Shown here: positions 25,255 to 34,433 of the stretch, one piece after another
Position numbering within the stretch: the stretch's first letter is position 1
How the letters are laid out: each line of letters opens with the position of its first letter
IMG/VR virus record: IMGVR_UViG_3300020380_000001
Location: 186,001-250,000 of that record
Reading direction: 5' to 3' (one strand)
DNA length: 64,000 nt
The notes under the pieces: model-generated
What the model saw: the letters and a program-made list of their open reading frames with translations, nothing else
The model's database searches: none
Told to the model about the DNA's origin: nothing
Made by a program: the position numbers and the translations under genes

Positions 25255-25621
25255 TTCCGCTATCCAATATACTACAGAGCTCCGACAGGGGCTCTACATA
25301 CTCCCGGATATAATTGCCGGGAGTTCTTTTATCAGCTGGCCCTTTGCGTTTGTACGTCACTTGCCGTGCAATGCTTTTTATTCGCTCTGATACGGGCGCG
25401 TCGTAGCTGCCGTTAGTGCGCATGTTTACTTTCAGCGCGTGTGCTGCCTGCGACAGTGTACGAACTTCCGTTATTAGTATTTCGTTGCCGTCTATCCCAA
25501 ACTCGCGTGCTACATACTCCATGTCGCTGCGCGGGTCGCTAGTGTCATCTATGCACAATCCGTATGCAACATCGTCAAATACTTGCCCTATGGTTGTTGG
25601 CAGGTGCCTTACAGTTTGCAT
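25244..25621 (-). CDS. hypothetical protein
   Basis: 125-aa convergent ORF; TATTAT -10 upstream. Confidence 0.6.
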   Translation of the reverse strand: MQTVRHLPTTIGQVFDDVAYGLCIDDTSDPRSDMEYVAREFGIDGNEILITEVRTLSQAAHALKVNMRTNGSYDAPVSERIKSIARQVTYKRKGPADKRTPGNYIREYVEPLSELCSILDSGTTD

Positions 25622-25862
25622 ATTTTACTACCTTGATGGGTTGCCTATAATAACACAATAGCACCGGTAAATTTTTTTGCAAACTTTTTTATTGGAAAAC
25701 CTTTTTCAAAACAAGAACCTGTTAGAAAATGAAAACTTTTTTTAATTTTTTTTCCAAAAACACTTGCACACCTGTCAAAAAGACCTATAATAGATAATGT
25801 AGGTTAAATAAGTAACCCACTAAACAAACTTTTGATTTTTTGATTTTATAAGGTAAGACATT

Positions 25863-26186
25863 ATGACAAACGCAAACACTAACGTAAAAACTACTTTTAA
25901 CGCTGTTCGTACTGCTACTGGTTATGACTACACACACGTTAACACTGACGGTGCGCAACATAAAATGACTTTTGTGTGGAAGAAAGGCACTCGCGGTAAC
26001 CCAATACACCTTAAAGTTGCTGACGACAACAAAGCAGTTCTTTCACTAATGATCGGCGGTGCTAAGACGCGTGCTGACGCTGACAAAAAAGCTCGTGACT
26101 ATATCCAAAAGCACAACCTACGTAAACAGCTTCGTGATTGGGCTAAAGGCAAAATCGATCGTCCGATGCTTGTTAAAGCGCAGTAA
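25863..26186 (+). CDS. basic hypothetical early protein
   Basis: TTGCAC/TATAAT promoter at about 25765-25792; terminator at 26199..26226. Confidence 0.75.
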   Translation: MTNANTNVKTTFNAVRTATGYDYTHVNTDGAQHKMTFVWKKGTRGNPIHLKVADDNKAVLSLMIGGAKTRADADKKARDYIQKHNLRKQLRDWAKGKIDRPMLVKAQ

Positions 26187-26246
26187 TTAATAATTTACAA
26201 AAGCCTACTTTTATAGTAGGCTTTTTCATACCCGATATACGAAGGA

Positions 26247-26456
26247 ATGAATATGAAAAAAACTAATCCAGCCATTTTAGCAGTGTACAAGAGATGCCAA
26301 CAGGGCGACAATTCTGCTCGTAAGGAGCTCGTAGAGCACCACAAAAAGAAGTTTCCGCGTCACAGCATTCACGCAAGCAAGGAAAACTTCGACACTATGT
26401 TGAGCTCCAATGGCGCGCCTAAGTTTTATCATATGCTTTACTTGCACCTAACTTAA
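26247..26456 (+). CDS. hypothetical protein
   Basis: AAGGA RBS, 69 aa. Confidence 0.6.
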   Translation: MNMKKTNPAILAVYKRCQQGDNSARKELVEHHKKKFPRHSIHASKENFDTMLSSNGAPKFYHMLYLHLT

Positions 26457-26549
26457 TCAAACAGAAATTCTTTTTGAAAAAGCCTTGCGGCTGTCATTAT
26501 TTCATCTATAATAGATTATGTAAGTTGATTTATTAAAAAGGTTGAAATT

Positions 26550-26750
26550 ATGACACAGTTACTAGCAGATATTAAAGCGTTTTGTTTAGCAAACTACGAA
26601 GAAGGTTATGATTCTTGTGTAGAGTGCTGGGACGACAGAGATTATGTTGAGTTCATTGAAGAGAACAACGTGAAATCTGTTGACGACTTTGTTAAAGAAT
26701 ACGCCCCGGTAATCGGGCACGCTAACGAAATCCGCAGCACTGCCTTTTAG
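26550..26750 (+). CDS. small acidic hypothetical protein
   Basis: TTGCGG/TATAAT promoter upstream. Confidence 0.7.
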   Translation: MTQLLADIKAFCLANYEEGYDSCVECWDDRDYVEFIEENNVKSVDDFVKEYAPVIGHANEIRSTAF

Positions 26751-26769
26751 TGCTGCAAGGAGACTTGAT

Positions 26770-27060
26770 ATGCCATCGCCAAATATACCGCAAGAACTTC
26801 GTCAAGCTTGGGCCAAAATACACGGGTTCAAGCTACGTGAAATGATCAAAGCCGAATGCCCTGATGTTGAAGTACGTTCGTGTGACTCAAAACGACGTCA
26901 CTATAAACTGAAAGGCAAAGTGCGAACTGTCAACTTGTACGCGTCAACGGGTACAATATCAGTCGAGCCACACGGTGATATGAAAGGTTTTAACCAACGT
27001 TTAATGATGCCAGAACGCGCAATTAAACGAGCTGTTACTATAGCGAACATCGGTTACTAA
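26770..27060 (+). CDS. hypothetical protein
   Basis: AGGAG RBS; terminator at 27085..27111. Confidence 0.7.
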   Translation: MPSPNIPQELRQAWAKIHGFKLREMIKAECPDVEVRSCDSKRRHYKLKGKVRTVNLYASTGTISVEPHGDMKGFNQRLMMPERAIKRAVTIANIGY

Positions 27061-27133
27061 AAACTGTCAATTATTTCAGCCAACAAAAAAGCCGCTCGAA
27101 AGCGGCTTTTTCATCTTAGCTATTCAACTAGGA

Positions 27134-29983
27134 TTATGAGTTGCGGTATTCAACTACAACAACACCAGCACCCACTGTCGCGCCATTTGGAGTAACAGTG
27201 AACTGAGCAGTAACGTCAGAGCCACCCACAGTAACAAGTGGAGCAGTTTCGAACACGCCTTGTACTTCAGGATCGTTTTCGTCAGCTGACATGTACTCAA
27301 CAGCAGAGCTGTCGTCGAACAATACTTCAGCAGCAGCATCAGCGATAGTGTTAACTTTGAAGCTAACGCGCATAACAGTAGAGCCTGCAGGGATAGTACC
27401 AAGTGATACAGTGCCCGCCGCAGTTAGATCAACAGCCGCACTTAGTGAAGCAACAGATCCAGGTACTACGTTACCAGCAAGTTCTTCGTCAACGTATGCT
27501 TTGGTTACAAGCGTAGTATCAGTACCAGAAGTACGGATGTCAGCAGCAACGTCAGCAGAGTCGTTAGCGATGTCAATTAGGCCAGCACCCTTAGTAGCAA
27601 GAGTAAGACCAACATCAGTGTCAGTACCAGTTGCGCGTAATACAGGAGCAACGCCAGCAGCACCAGCAACAAACTCAAGGTTGTTTACCGCGCCTGCAGG
27701 AGAGTTAACAACTTCAGCAACAAGGTTGCCGTTAGCGTCAATTAGTTTAACAGTACCGTTAGTGCCTGTGCCTGAAGCAGAACCACCACGTAGTTCAACA
27801 TCACCAGCTTGGCCGTCTTCAGCAGCACCACCAGAGATTACAACATCACCAGCGTTTTGGTTGCCAGTGTTTTCACCAGCTTCAATTACAAGCGACTCAC
27901 CGGTATCAGCAGTAATAGCACCCGCGCCGCCAGAACCAATGATTACTTCACCAGAGCCGTTAGGAAGAAGAACTAAGTCTTGGTCCACACCTAGTGTAGA
28001 AATAGTGTTTCCAGAGATGTTGATGTCTGCAACGTCTAGGCCGCCAGCAGCGTCGATGTCAACTTTGTCATTTACTGAGTCGTAAATTACGCCAGCATTT
28101 TGGTTGAAATCACCAGTTGCGTCAGTGAATACTAGGCCACCGTCTACTGTAAGAGTAGAGTCAGCAAGGCCAGCCGCAGTAAATGTACCACCTACTGTTA
28201 AGTTACCAACAACATCAGCGTCACCGCCCACGTCAAGGTTACCAGAGAAATCACCAGCGCCAGTTACTGTTAGTACGCCTGCAGAGAACGCAAGTGCCGC
28301 GTCATCAACAAGTTGGCCTGCAGCGCCAGCAAGTACTAGGCGGCCAGAGGTTAAGTTAGCAGCTTCAACAGTACCACCTTTAACTACTGTAGAAGAAAGC
28401 GCGCCAGTGCCAGAGTCGAACGTAAATGCTGCGTCGTCAGTTAGTAGACCGTCAACACCCGCAAATACTACACGACCTTCAGCAAGGTTAGATGCAATAA
28501 TTTGGTTAGCTTGTAGGCCGGCAGAGTCCCAAACACCAGCTTGTACGCCATCAACTGTCATAGTGATTGCGCCAGTACCCGCGTCAGTTACTGCTACACT
28601 TGTGTCGCCTTCTTCAATAGAGTTAGCAGACGTGTAGTTATTACCGATATAAGTACCAAGCGTGTCAAGAGTTACTTTCTCGTTTGCGCCAGTTGAAGCG
28701 TTAAAGAACACAACTTCGTCTAGTACATCAAGAGCTTCTACCGCAGCAGTTAAGCCGTTAATGTCAAGACCAACAGTCATGTTACCAGATACGCCGTCAC
28801 CGTTAGCGATTACGATACCAGCTTCATCAGCAGCACTAGATGCTTCTAGTGTACGAGATGCGTAAGTACCAGCCGCTGTGCGAACTAGGATGCCGTCAGC
28901 TGTAGCGCTTACTAGGTCTTTGTCAGCCAATAGTTGGTTGAAAGAGATCTTTTCAATTGTGCCGCCGTTGTTAACGATAACTTCTTGTGAACCGTCAGCC
29001 GGTGCAGTTACCGCAGCAAGTGAAGCAAAGTCAAAAGAAAGAGTTGGGTCGCCAGCGATGCCGTCTGCGTTGGTCCATAATAGGCCGTCGCCTGATTGGA
29101 AAGTACGAGATGCATAAGTGTCGTCAGCAGTACGTGCAACGAAACCATCTGCGCTGATGCCTTTAACTACGTCAAGCGAGTTGATCATGCTTGCGATAGT
29201 AGTCTTAGCCATTGTGCCAGTCGACGCGTCGTAAATTGCGATTTCGTCAGCTTCAGCAGCCACAGCAGACGCAAGACCAACAGTGTAGTCTAGCTCAACA
29301 GTGTTACCAGTTAGGCTAATACCAGTGTCGGTATTGATTTGGCCAGCTTCAGAGAATTGAACCCAAACAATTGGATCAGTGTTAAGGTCGATAAGGCCAG
29401 CACCTTGAACCACCCAACCAGTAGTTGCGCCGGCGGCACCTTGTTCTACGAATACGAAGTTACCAGCTGAAACTTCAGCAGCAGGTGAACCGTCTTGGTC
29501 CAATGCACGGCGCCACACACCGTCAGCACCAGTACCCGCAGTAATTACTTCGTAGATACCGTTTTGTAGAGTGTCAGTTTGGTTCTTAACAAGAACACGA
29601 TCGCCGTCTACAAGAGTTTCGCCGTCTACTACATTAGGAGCAGCAGTAAAGCCACCAGTAGAGTTAGCGCCAGCTGATGCGTCATAAGTCGCACCAAGGT
29701 CAGCAGTAGTCGCGACACGTACTGAGCCCTTAGGGTCAAGACCAGCAGAAAGGCTGTCTACATACTCTTTAGTCGTTGCGTCAGATGCGTTTACCGGTGT
29801 TGCAACTTGTACGCGAGACAGTGTAGAGCCATCTTTCGCTGTAGCTTTAAAGGTTCCATTGGCTGTGTCAAAACCTAGTTTACCGCCGCCTTTGCCAAGC
29901 TGTAAACTAGAGCCAACGCCCTTAATGCTATAATTAATAATATCAGACATTTTTACTCCTTGTTTAAGTAATTGATCAATCAC
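27134..29983 (-). CDS. abundant virion structural/tail-fibre-like protein
   Basis: 949 aa, Ala/Gly/Thr/Asp-rich; LDPKGSVRVATT and FVFVEQG..GW motifs seen in phage fibre proteins; strong codon bias. Confidence 0.75.
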   Translation of the reverse strand: MIDQLLKQGVKMSDIINYSIKGVGSSLQLGKGGGKLGFDTANGTFKATAKDGSTLSRVQVATPVNASDATTKEYVDSLSAGLDPKGSVRVATTADLGATYDASAGANSTGGFTAAPNVVDGETLVDGDRVLVKNQTDTLQNGIYEVITAGTGADGVWRRALDQDGSPAAEVSAGNFVFVEQGAAGATTGWVVQGAGLIDLNTDPIVWVQFSEAGQINTDTGISLTGNTVELDYTVGLASAVAAEADEIAIYDASTGTMAKTTIASMINSLDVVKGISADGFVARTADDTYASRTFQSGDGLLWTNADGIAGDPTLSFDFASLAAVTAPADGSQEVIVNNGGTIEKISFNQLLADKDLVSATADGILVRTAAGTYASRTLEASSAADEAGIVIANGDGVSGNMTVGLDINGLTAAVEALDVLDEVVFFNASTGANEKVTLDTLGTYIGNNYTSANSIEEGDTSVAVTDAGTGAITMTVDGVQAGVWDSAGLQANQIIASNLAEGRVVFAGVDGLLTDDAAFTFDSGTGALSSTVVKGGTVEAANLTSGRLVLAGAAGQLVDDAALAFSAGVLTVTGAGDFSGNLDVGGDADVVGNLTVGGTFTAAGLADSTLTVDGGLVFTDATGDFNQNAGVIYDSVNDKVDIDAAGGLDVADINISGNTISTLGVDQDLVLLPNGSGEVIIGSGGAGAITADTGESLVIEAGENTGNQNAGDVVISGGAAEDGQAGDVELRGGSASGTGTNGTVKLIDANGNLVAEVVNSPAGAVNNLEFVAGAAGVAPVLRATGTDTDVGLTLATKGAGLIDIANDSADVAADIRTSGTDTTLVTKAYVDEELAGNVVPGSVASLSAAVDLTAAGTVSLGTIPAGSTVMRVSFKVNTIADAAAEVLFDDSSAVEYMSADENDPEVQGVFETAPLVTVGGSDVTAQFTVTPNGATVGAGVVVVEYRNS

Positions 29984-30091
29984 TCGCTAGCTTGTCTTGC
30001 TAGCATACTTTATTTCCTAAAGTCACCATTATTTAGCAACTCATGTATTTTATCGAATTAAAACAGTACCATTTGACTGTTTTAATTTTGG

Positions 30092-31213
30092 TTATTCTTG
30101 TACTAAGAATACGCCGTCTTGATCACGCGCAGTAGATGTGTCTGTGCCCACGCCGTACCCGTGATACATATAGTTGCTTGAGTTACGTGGGCCGGAGAAT
30201 CTAATCTCACCAGTATCGTCTATCCATGTGCCGTACGAGTTACCGGCGCTCGTAGTACCAGTAATGCCAAACGTGTCTTGCCATGCCTCTCTTTCAGCAG
30301 CGGATATCGATTCAGACGGTGCACGATCTTTTAATTCAAATGATCTACCGAAGTAGTTAAATAACAACTCGTCAACTTCTGCCGGCGTAGCCAAGCGCAA
30401 GCCCGCGTATTTTGGATCGCTTGTTGCTTCATCAATAGGTACAGAGTCTGTATAAATTAAACGTAGCCATTTAAGTCCAGTAACCGAATCGGTGTAGAAG
30501 TTACTAGGATTAAAATTGCCGCGAGGGAACGGCGGTGTTTGGTCTGTATAAGTAGGTTTCGTTCCGTTTCTTACTAAGAATACACCAGAGTTTGAACGCT
30601 GTTCAGATGTAGAGTAGCGCCAGTCATATATTTCGCCGTTTACTGGCCAAAAACCGCCGCCACCAACGCCTTCTGTAACAGAAGGTTGATCAGATGCGTA
30701 TTCATACCACCATCCGTAAGCTGCGCCTTCCACTGTGCCTATCCATTCTTTGAACGCGTTATCTACTACGTCTTGGTATCCTCGACTCACTTTCGTTGCG
30801 CCAGGGGTTGGATCGAACTGTACGCCACCAGGCACAGTATGTTCAATAATATTATTGAAGAATGATATAACTTCGTAGTTGTTCGCTACGCGCCATCCAG
30901 GGTAAACAGATCCCGCCGCTGTTTGGTTATTCACTGTCTCGAGCGTCTTGTTAGCAGTAGCTGGCATCTTAAGCCAATCTAGTCCAGTGTAGTAATCGTG
31001 TGTGACGAGGCCGTCGCCTGCTTTCCAGTCGCCGTGTCCGAATCCTGATGTCTGATCTCCACCCGGGTCAGTTGGTAGCGACCCGTTTTCTTTGTAATAC
31101 AGTACTTCTGATTTAATTCTCGGCACTTTATCATTCCTTACTATGGGCATATTAATTGGGTCTGGTGATTTTAATTTGCGCGGCTTCACCGGGCCAGTAA
31201 ATTTAATTGGCAT
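30092..31213 (-). CDS. putative receptor-binding protein with duplicated D..TGL.WL domain
   Basis: About 30-aa N-terminus shared with the next gene; two D..TGL[DK]WL...G[WL]R[VL]A...EV units. Confidence 0.7.
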   Translation of the reverse strand: MPIKFTGPVKPRKLKSPDPINMPIVRNDKVPRIKSEVLYYKENGSLPTDPGGDQTSGFGHGDWKAGDGLVTHDYYTGLDWLKMPATANKTLETVNNQTAAGSVYPGWRVANNYEVISFFNNIIEHTVPGGVQFDPTPGATKVSRGYQDVVDNAFKEWIGTVEGAAYGWWYEYASDQPSVTEGVGGGGFWPVNGEIYDWRYSTSEQRSNSGVFLVRNGTKPTYTDQTPPFPRGNFNPSNFYTDSVTGLKWLRLIYTDSVPIDEATSDPKYAGLRLATPAEVDELLFNYFGRSFELKDRAPSESISAAEREAWQDTFGITGTTSAGNSYGTWIDDTGEIRFSGPRNSSNYMYHGYGVGTDTSTARDQDGVFLVQE

Positions 31214-32385
31214 TATTTTGTTACCTTCATTATTCTTCCAGTGCTATCCTGGAACGGGATCAAGATCTCAGTTTCGCTAAGCATTGTGATGTTGTACATC
31301 ATACCGCCGCGTGCCTGGGTTCCTGTATATATTTCGGCCGGTAAAGTATACCAACTGTCTTGGACATATTCTGTGCCATTCCAGGTATACTCAATAATAC
31401 TGAAAGCGTTTGCGTTATCTTGTTCTTTACTACCGGTACACACCACTAGCATAGTGCCGCCATGGCCACGCACAGCGATAGGTCTATACGAGTTGCCCGG
31501 TACTGGGTACGGGTTAGTTATGCGTTGAACTTCCGTCATCGTTGCAGCTACGTCGTCATACTCAAACACAGATATAAGGGCATGGGCGCCAGAGTTTTCT
31601 GAGGGGCTTGCGATAGCCGCCACTAGCAGCCTATCTTGATCAACATCCATAGAGCCGCCGAATAGCAGATCATCGTTTGGAAACTCGTACCCTATTAATG
31701 CCGTAGACGTGTATGTAGACGAATCGACAAGTGTATGGGTAATTGTCTTGCGCGAGTTGACTGGATCAGTTCTAAGCCTGTATCCGATCATGCCGCCGTA
31801 GTCAGTACCTTGACGCCAATGAGGCGACGACGTTATTTGCAAGTCTTTATAAACTACGTTCTGGCGTCCTTCTAATCCAGCAGTCGATGTAAGGTCCGCA
31901 CACACCTCGCCAGCACCGGTGATAGTCGCAGTACTGAAGTCAAAGTCATATCTTAAGGTTTGTCCCGAGTTGCTAGAAACAGTCGGCCTACCAACGAAGA
32001 TACAACCGTTCTCTCGGTCAAATATCGTTTGTCCGGTTATAAGGTTGTTTAGTTGCTTTGTTTCTGTGAGGTTCCATGTCATACCGTCATGCTTATAAAA
32101 ATATAAGTTTCCGGAAGCCATATCACCCACGTGTATTACCATTACATCGCCGTCTACTGTTACACTGTCAGCACCTCTTGCTGATGCGGCACTAGCAGGC
32201 ATCGTGATGTACTCACTTATAGATGTCCACGGGTCTGATACTCTCGGCATCTCACCGTGCTCTTTATAATATTGTACATCGGCCTTAACTCTTGTAGACC
32301 TATTGTCGCGCACTAACGGCATATTGATCGGATCAGGTGATTTTAGTTTGCGTGGTTTCACCGGACCAGTAAATTTAATTGGCAT
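31213..32385 (-). CDS. putative receptor-binding beta-propeller protein
   Basis: Same N-terminus MPIKFTGPVKPRKLKSPDPINMP; FG-GAP-like blades (FGGSMDVDQDRLLVAA). Confidence 0.7.
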   Translation of the reverse strand: MPIKFTGPVKPRKLKSPDPINMPLVRDNRSTRVKADVQYYKEHGEMPRVSDPWTSISEYITMPASAASARGADSVTVDGDVMVIHVGDMASGNLYFYKHDGMTWNLTETKQLNNLITGQTIFDRENGCIFVGRPTVSSNSGQTLRYDFDFSTATITGAGEVCADLTSTAGLEGRQNVVYKDLQITSSPHWRQGTDYGGMIGYRLRTDPVNSRKTITHTLVDSSTYTSTALIGYEFPNDDLLFGGSMDVDQDRLLVAAIASPSENSGAHALISVFEYDDVAATMTEVQRITNPYPVPGNSYRPIAVRGHGGTMLVVCTGSKEQDNANAFSIIEYTWNGTEYVQDSWYTLPAEIYTGTQARGGMMYNITMLSETEILIPFQDSTGRIMKVTK

Positions 32386-32402
32386 TCTTATCCCTTATAA
32401 GA

Positions 32403-34397
32403 TTACATGTACGAAACGCTAATTATTGCTGAACCCACAGTCGAGCCGTTAGGCGTGTAAGAAGCAATAATAACCGAGTCTGTACCGTCTCCGTTGTCTA
32501 GCACCATATCGGATTGTATCGAGTACGTTCCTAAAGTAGCTAAGTCAAGTAAGTCGTTATCCATAAGTCTGTCAGGGTCAGTGCTAGGCCCTAGTGTAAG
32601 TTCAGCACTGCCGTCGAATTCCGTCATTACAGTAACAGTAATTAACGTTATTCTTGAACCAGGTGATACACTACCAATTATTACAGTAGGTTGAGAGTCA
32701 AAGTTTAACTCAACAGTCATTGTATCGGCATCAGTTCGGGCGCTGTCTTCGTCTGCGGTTCTTACCCAGTCTTGGCCAGTCCATAAGTAGATAGCCCACT
32801 CGTTATTGCCATCGTCTATGACATAGGCTTGGTCGCCTACAAGCGGATTAAGTATGTCACGGCCATTTACATCGGCTACCACAGTCATGCTTGAGCCGCC
32901 TGATCCAGAAGAGATAACACGTAAGCCTTGTTCAACGTACATCGCCTCGGCTTTTGCTCCGTTCTCTACTGTATATAAGCCAGTGTCCTCTACCGGTGTA
33001 CCAGAAATGTTTCGCGTATTTATAGGACCAGCATCGCTGCCCTCTACTTTGATTTGAACGTCACTAGTACCAGCGGTGTTTAATGGCAAGCCTGTACACG
33101 AGGCGGAGCCTGCGAAGTTATTACCGGATCCATCAGCCGTAACGTTAGTGATGTTAATTGCGCCGCCTGTGCGGTCATAAAGACGTAAAAGACCATTACT
33201 GTCTTCACCGTATATATCAACGTTGCCGGCCGCGTTCATATCCCTATCAATAGCAGCAATCATATCATCTACGTTGGCTGCGGTAGTACCAAACTGCACA
33301 GTGCCGTTCGTAGTCAGATCGAATGTGACCAACACACCGTTTATTTCTGCTTGTGTTGTGTTACCTAGTGCACCCGTAACACCGTAAGCCAAGTCACCTA
33401 CATTACCAGTTACGCTAGTCGGAGGTGCCACAGCACTAGCAAGAACGCCTGTCGTGCCCGTTACTGCGTTAATAGAACTGATGATATCGCTTGTATCACC
33501 TACACTAAAGGTAACTTCTACGCCGTTCACAGACATTTTATTGCCCGCAGTAGTTGTCGGGTTTATTACGTCTGAAATGTGTTCTGTTACGGTTGCTTCT
33601 TTAGTCTTTATGTACATAATGTGGTCAGTAACGGCGGTTGTTATCTTACCAGCATTGTTTTCATCGAGATAAAGGATAGATGCAACGTCCCCGGGAAGGG
33701 AATCTAAATCGTCAATTATACGCTGAACAGGTGTTACGTAGAAGCCGTCAGGACCAGGACCTAATGCACTAATACGGCCGATGATATACGGATACTCAGG
33801 CGCGGATAAAACCCAACTATTAGTAGAAGGGTCAGCTGCGACTATATCACCTACTTGGAAAGAGTGCCCTTCTTGTATCATTGGATAATCGTACTCGATG
33901 TTTATATTCTGGAAGCGGCTCATCAAGTTAGCAAAGAATATAGAACTAATAGTCCCGGGCGTTAGGCCATCTAGTAGCGGTTCGCCTTCTTCGTTTAATG
34001 TGAATATAAGAGAGGTGCCTGCTTGCGGCGCGCCAGATCCCTGGGCACTCGGATCACGATACGTGTTATATCGGTCAACGTCTTCCACTATAAGCGACAA
34101 TGACGTTTCCGACTTGCTAACAACGCCTATAATTTTATGGGCTGTGCCCGTAGACGTGTTTGCTATCCAATCGCCGATAGACACGTCATAACCGTTATAC
34201 TCGAACGGATCGCGTGTTAAGTGGCTAGAGTGATTTGATTTAGTGACAGTGACATCTACTGTCCAGCGATAAAAGCGAGGGCTGGAGCCCCCACTCCAGT
34301 AAGGATCACCCGTGCCGTCGTCATATATCCAACGTTCGTGTCCTGAGATATTAGATATCTCGGCACGGATGAGCTTTGAAGGTAAAGAAATGGCCAT
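32403..34397 (-). CDS. virion structural protein
   Basis: 664 aa, T/G/S-rich, inside the late module. Confidence 0.75.
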   Translation of the reverse strand: MAISLPSKLIRAEISNISGHERWIYDDGTGDPYWSGGSSPRFYRWTVDVTVTKSNHSSHLTRDPFEYNGYDVSIGDWIANTSTGTAHKIIGVVSKSETSLSLIVEDVDRYNTYRDPSAQGSGAPQAGTSLIFTLNEEGEPLLDGLTPGTISSIFFANLMSRFQNINIEYDYPMIQEGHSFQVGDIVAADPSTNSWVLSAPEYPYIIGRISALGPGPDGFYVTPVQRIIDDLDSLPGDVASILYLDENNAGKITTAVTDHIMYIKTKEATVTEHISDVINPTTTAGNKMSVNGVEVTFSVGDTSDIISSINAVTGTTGVLASAVAPPTSVTGNVGDLAYGVTGALGNTTQAEINGVLVTFDLTTNGTVQFGTTAANVDDMIAAIDRDMNAAGNVDIYGEDSNGLLRLYDRTGGAINITNVTADGSGNNFAGSASCTGLPLNTAGTSDVQIKVEGSDAGPINTRNISGTPVEDTGLYTVENGAKAEAMYVEQGLRVISSGSGGSSMTVVADVNGRDILNPLVGDQAYVIDDGNNEWAIYLWTGQDWVRTADEDSARTDADTMTVELNFDSQPTVIIGSVSPGSRITLITVTVMTEFDGSAELTLGPSTDPDRLMDNDLLDLATLGTYSIQSDMVLDNGDGTDSVIIASYTPNGSTVGSAIISVSYM

Positions 34398-34433
34398 TTC
34401 CGATAAATCCTTTTTCTATTATTTAATAGAATT

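Noticed and set aside
27291-29117. Long plus-strand ORFs (264, 177 aa and others)
   Set aside because: Antisense shadows of the codon-biased 949-aa structural gene; Ser/Ala/Pro-rich with no RBS.
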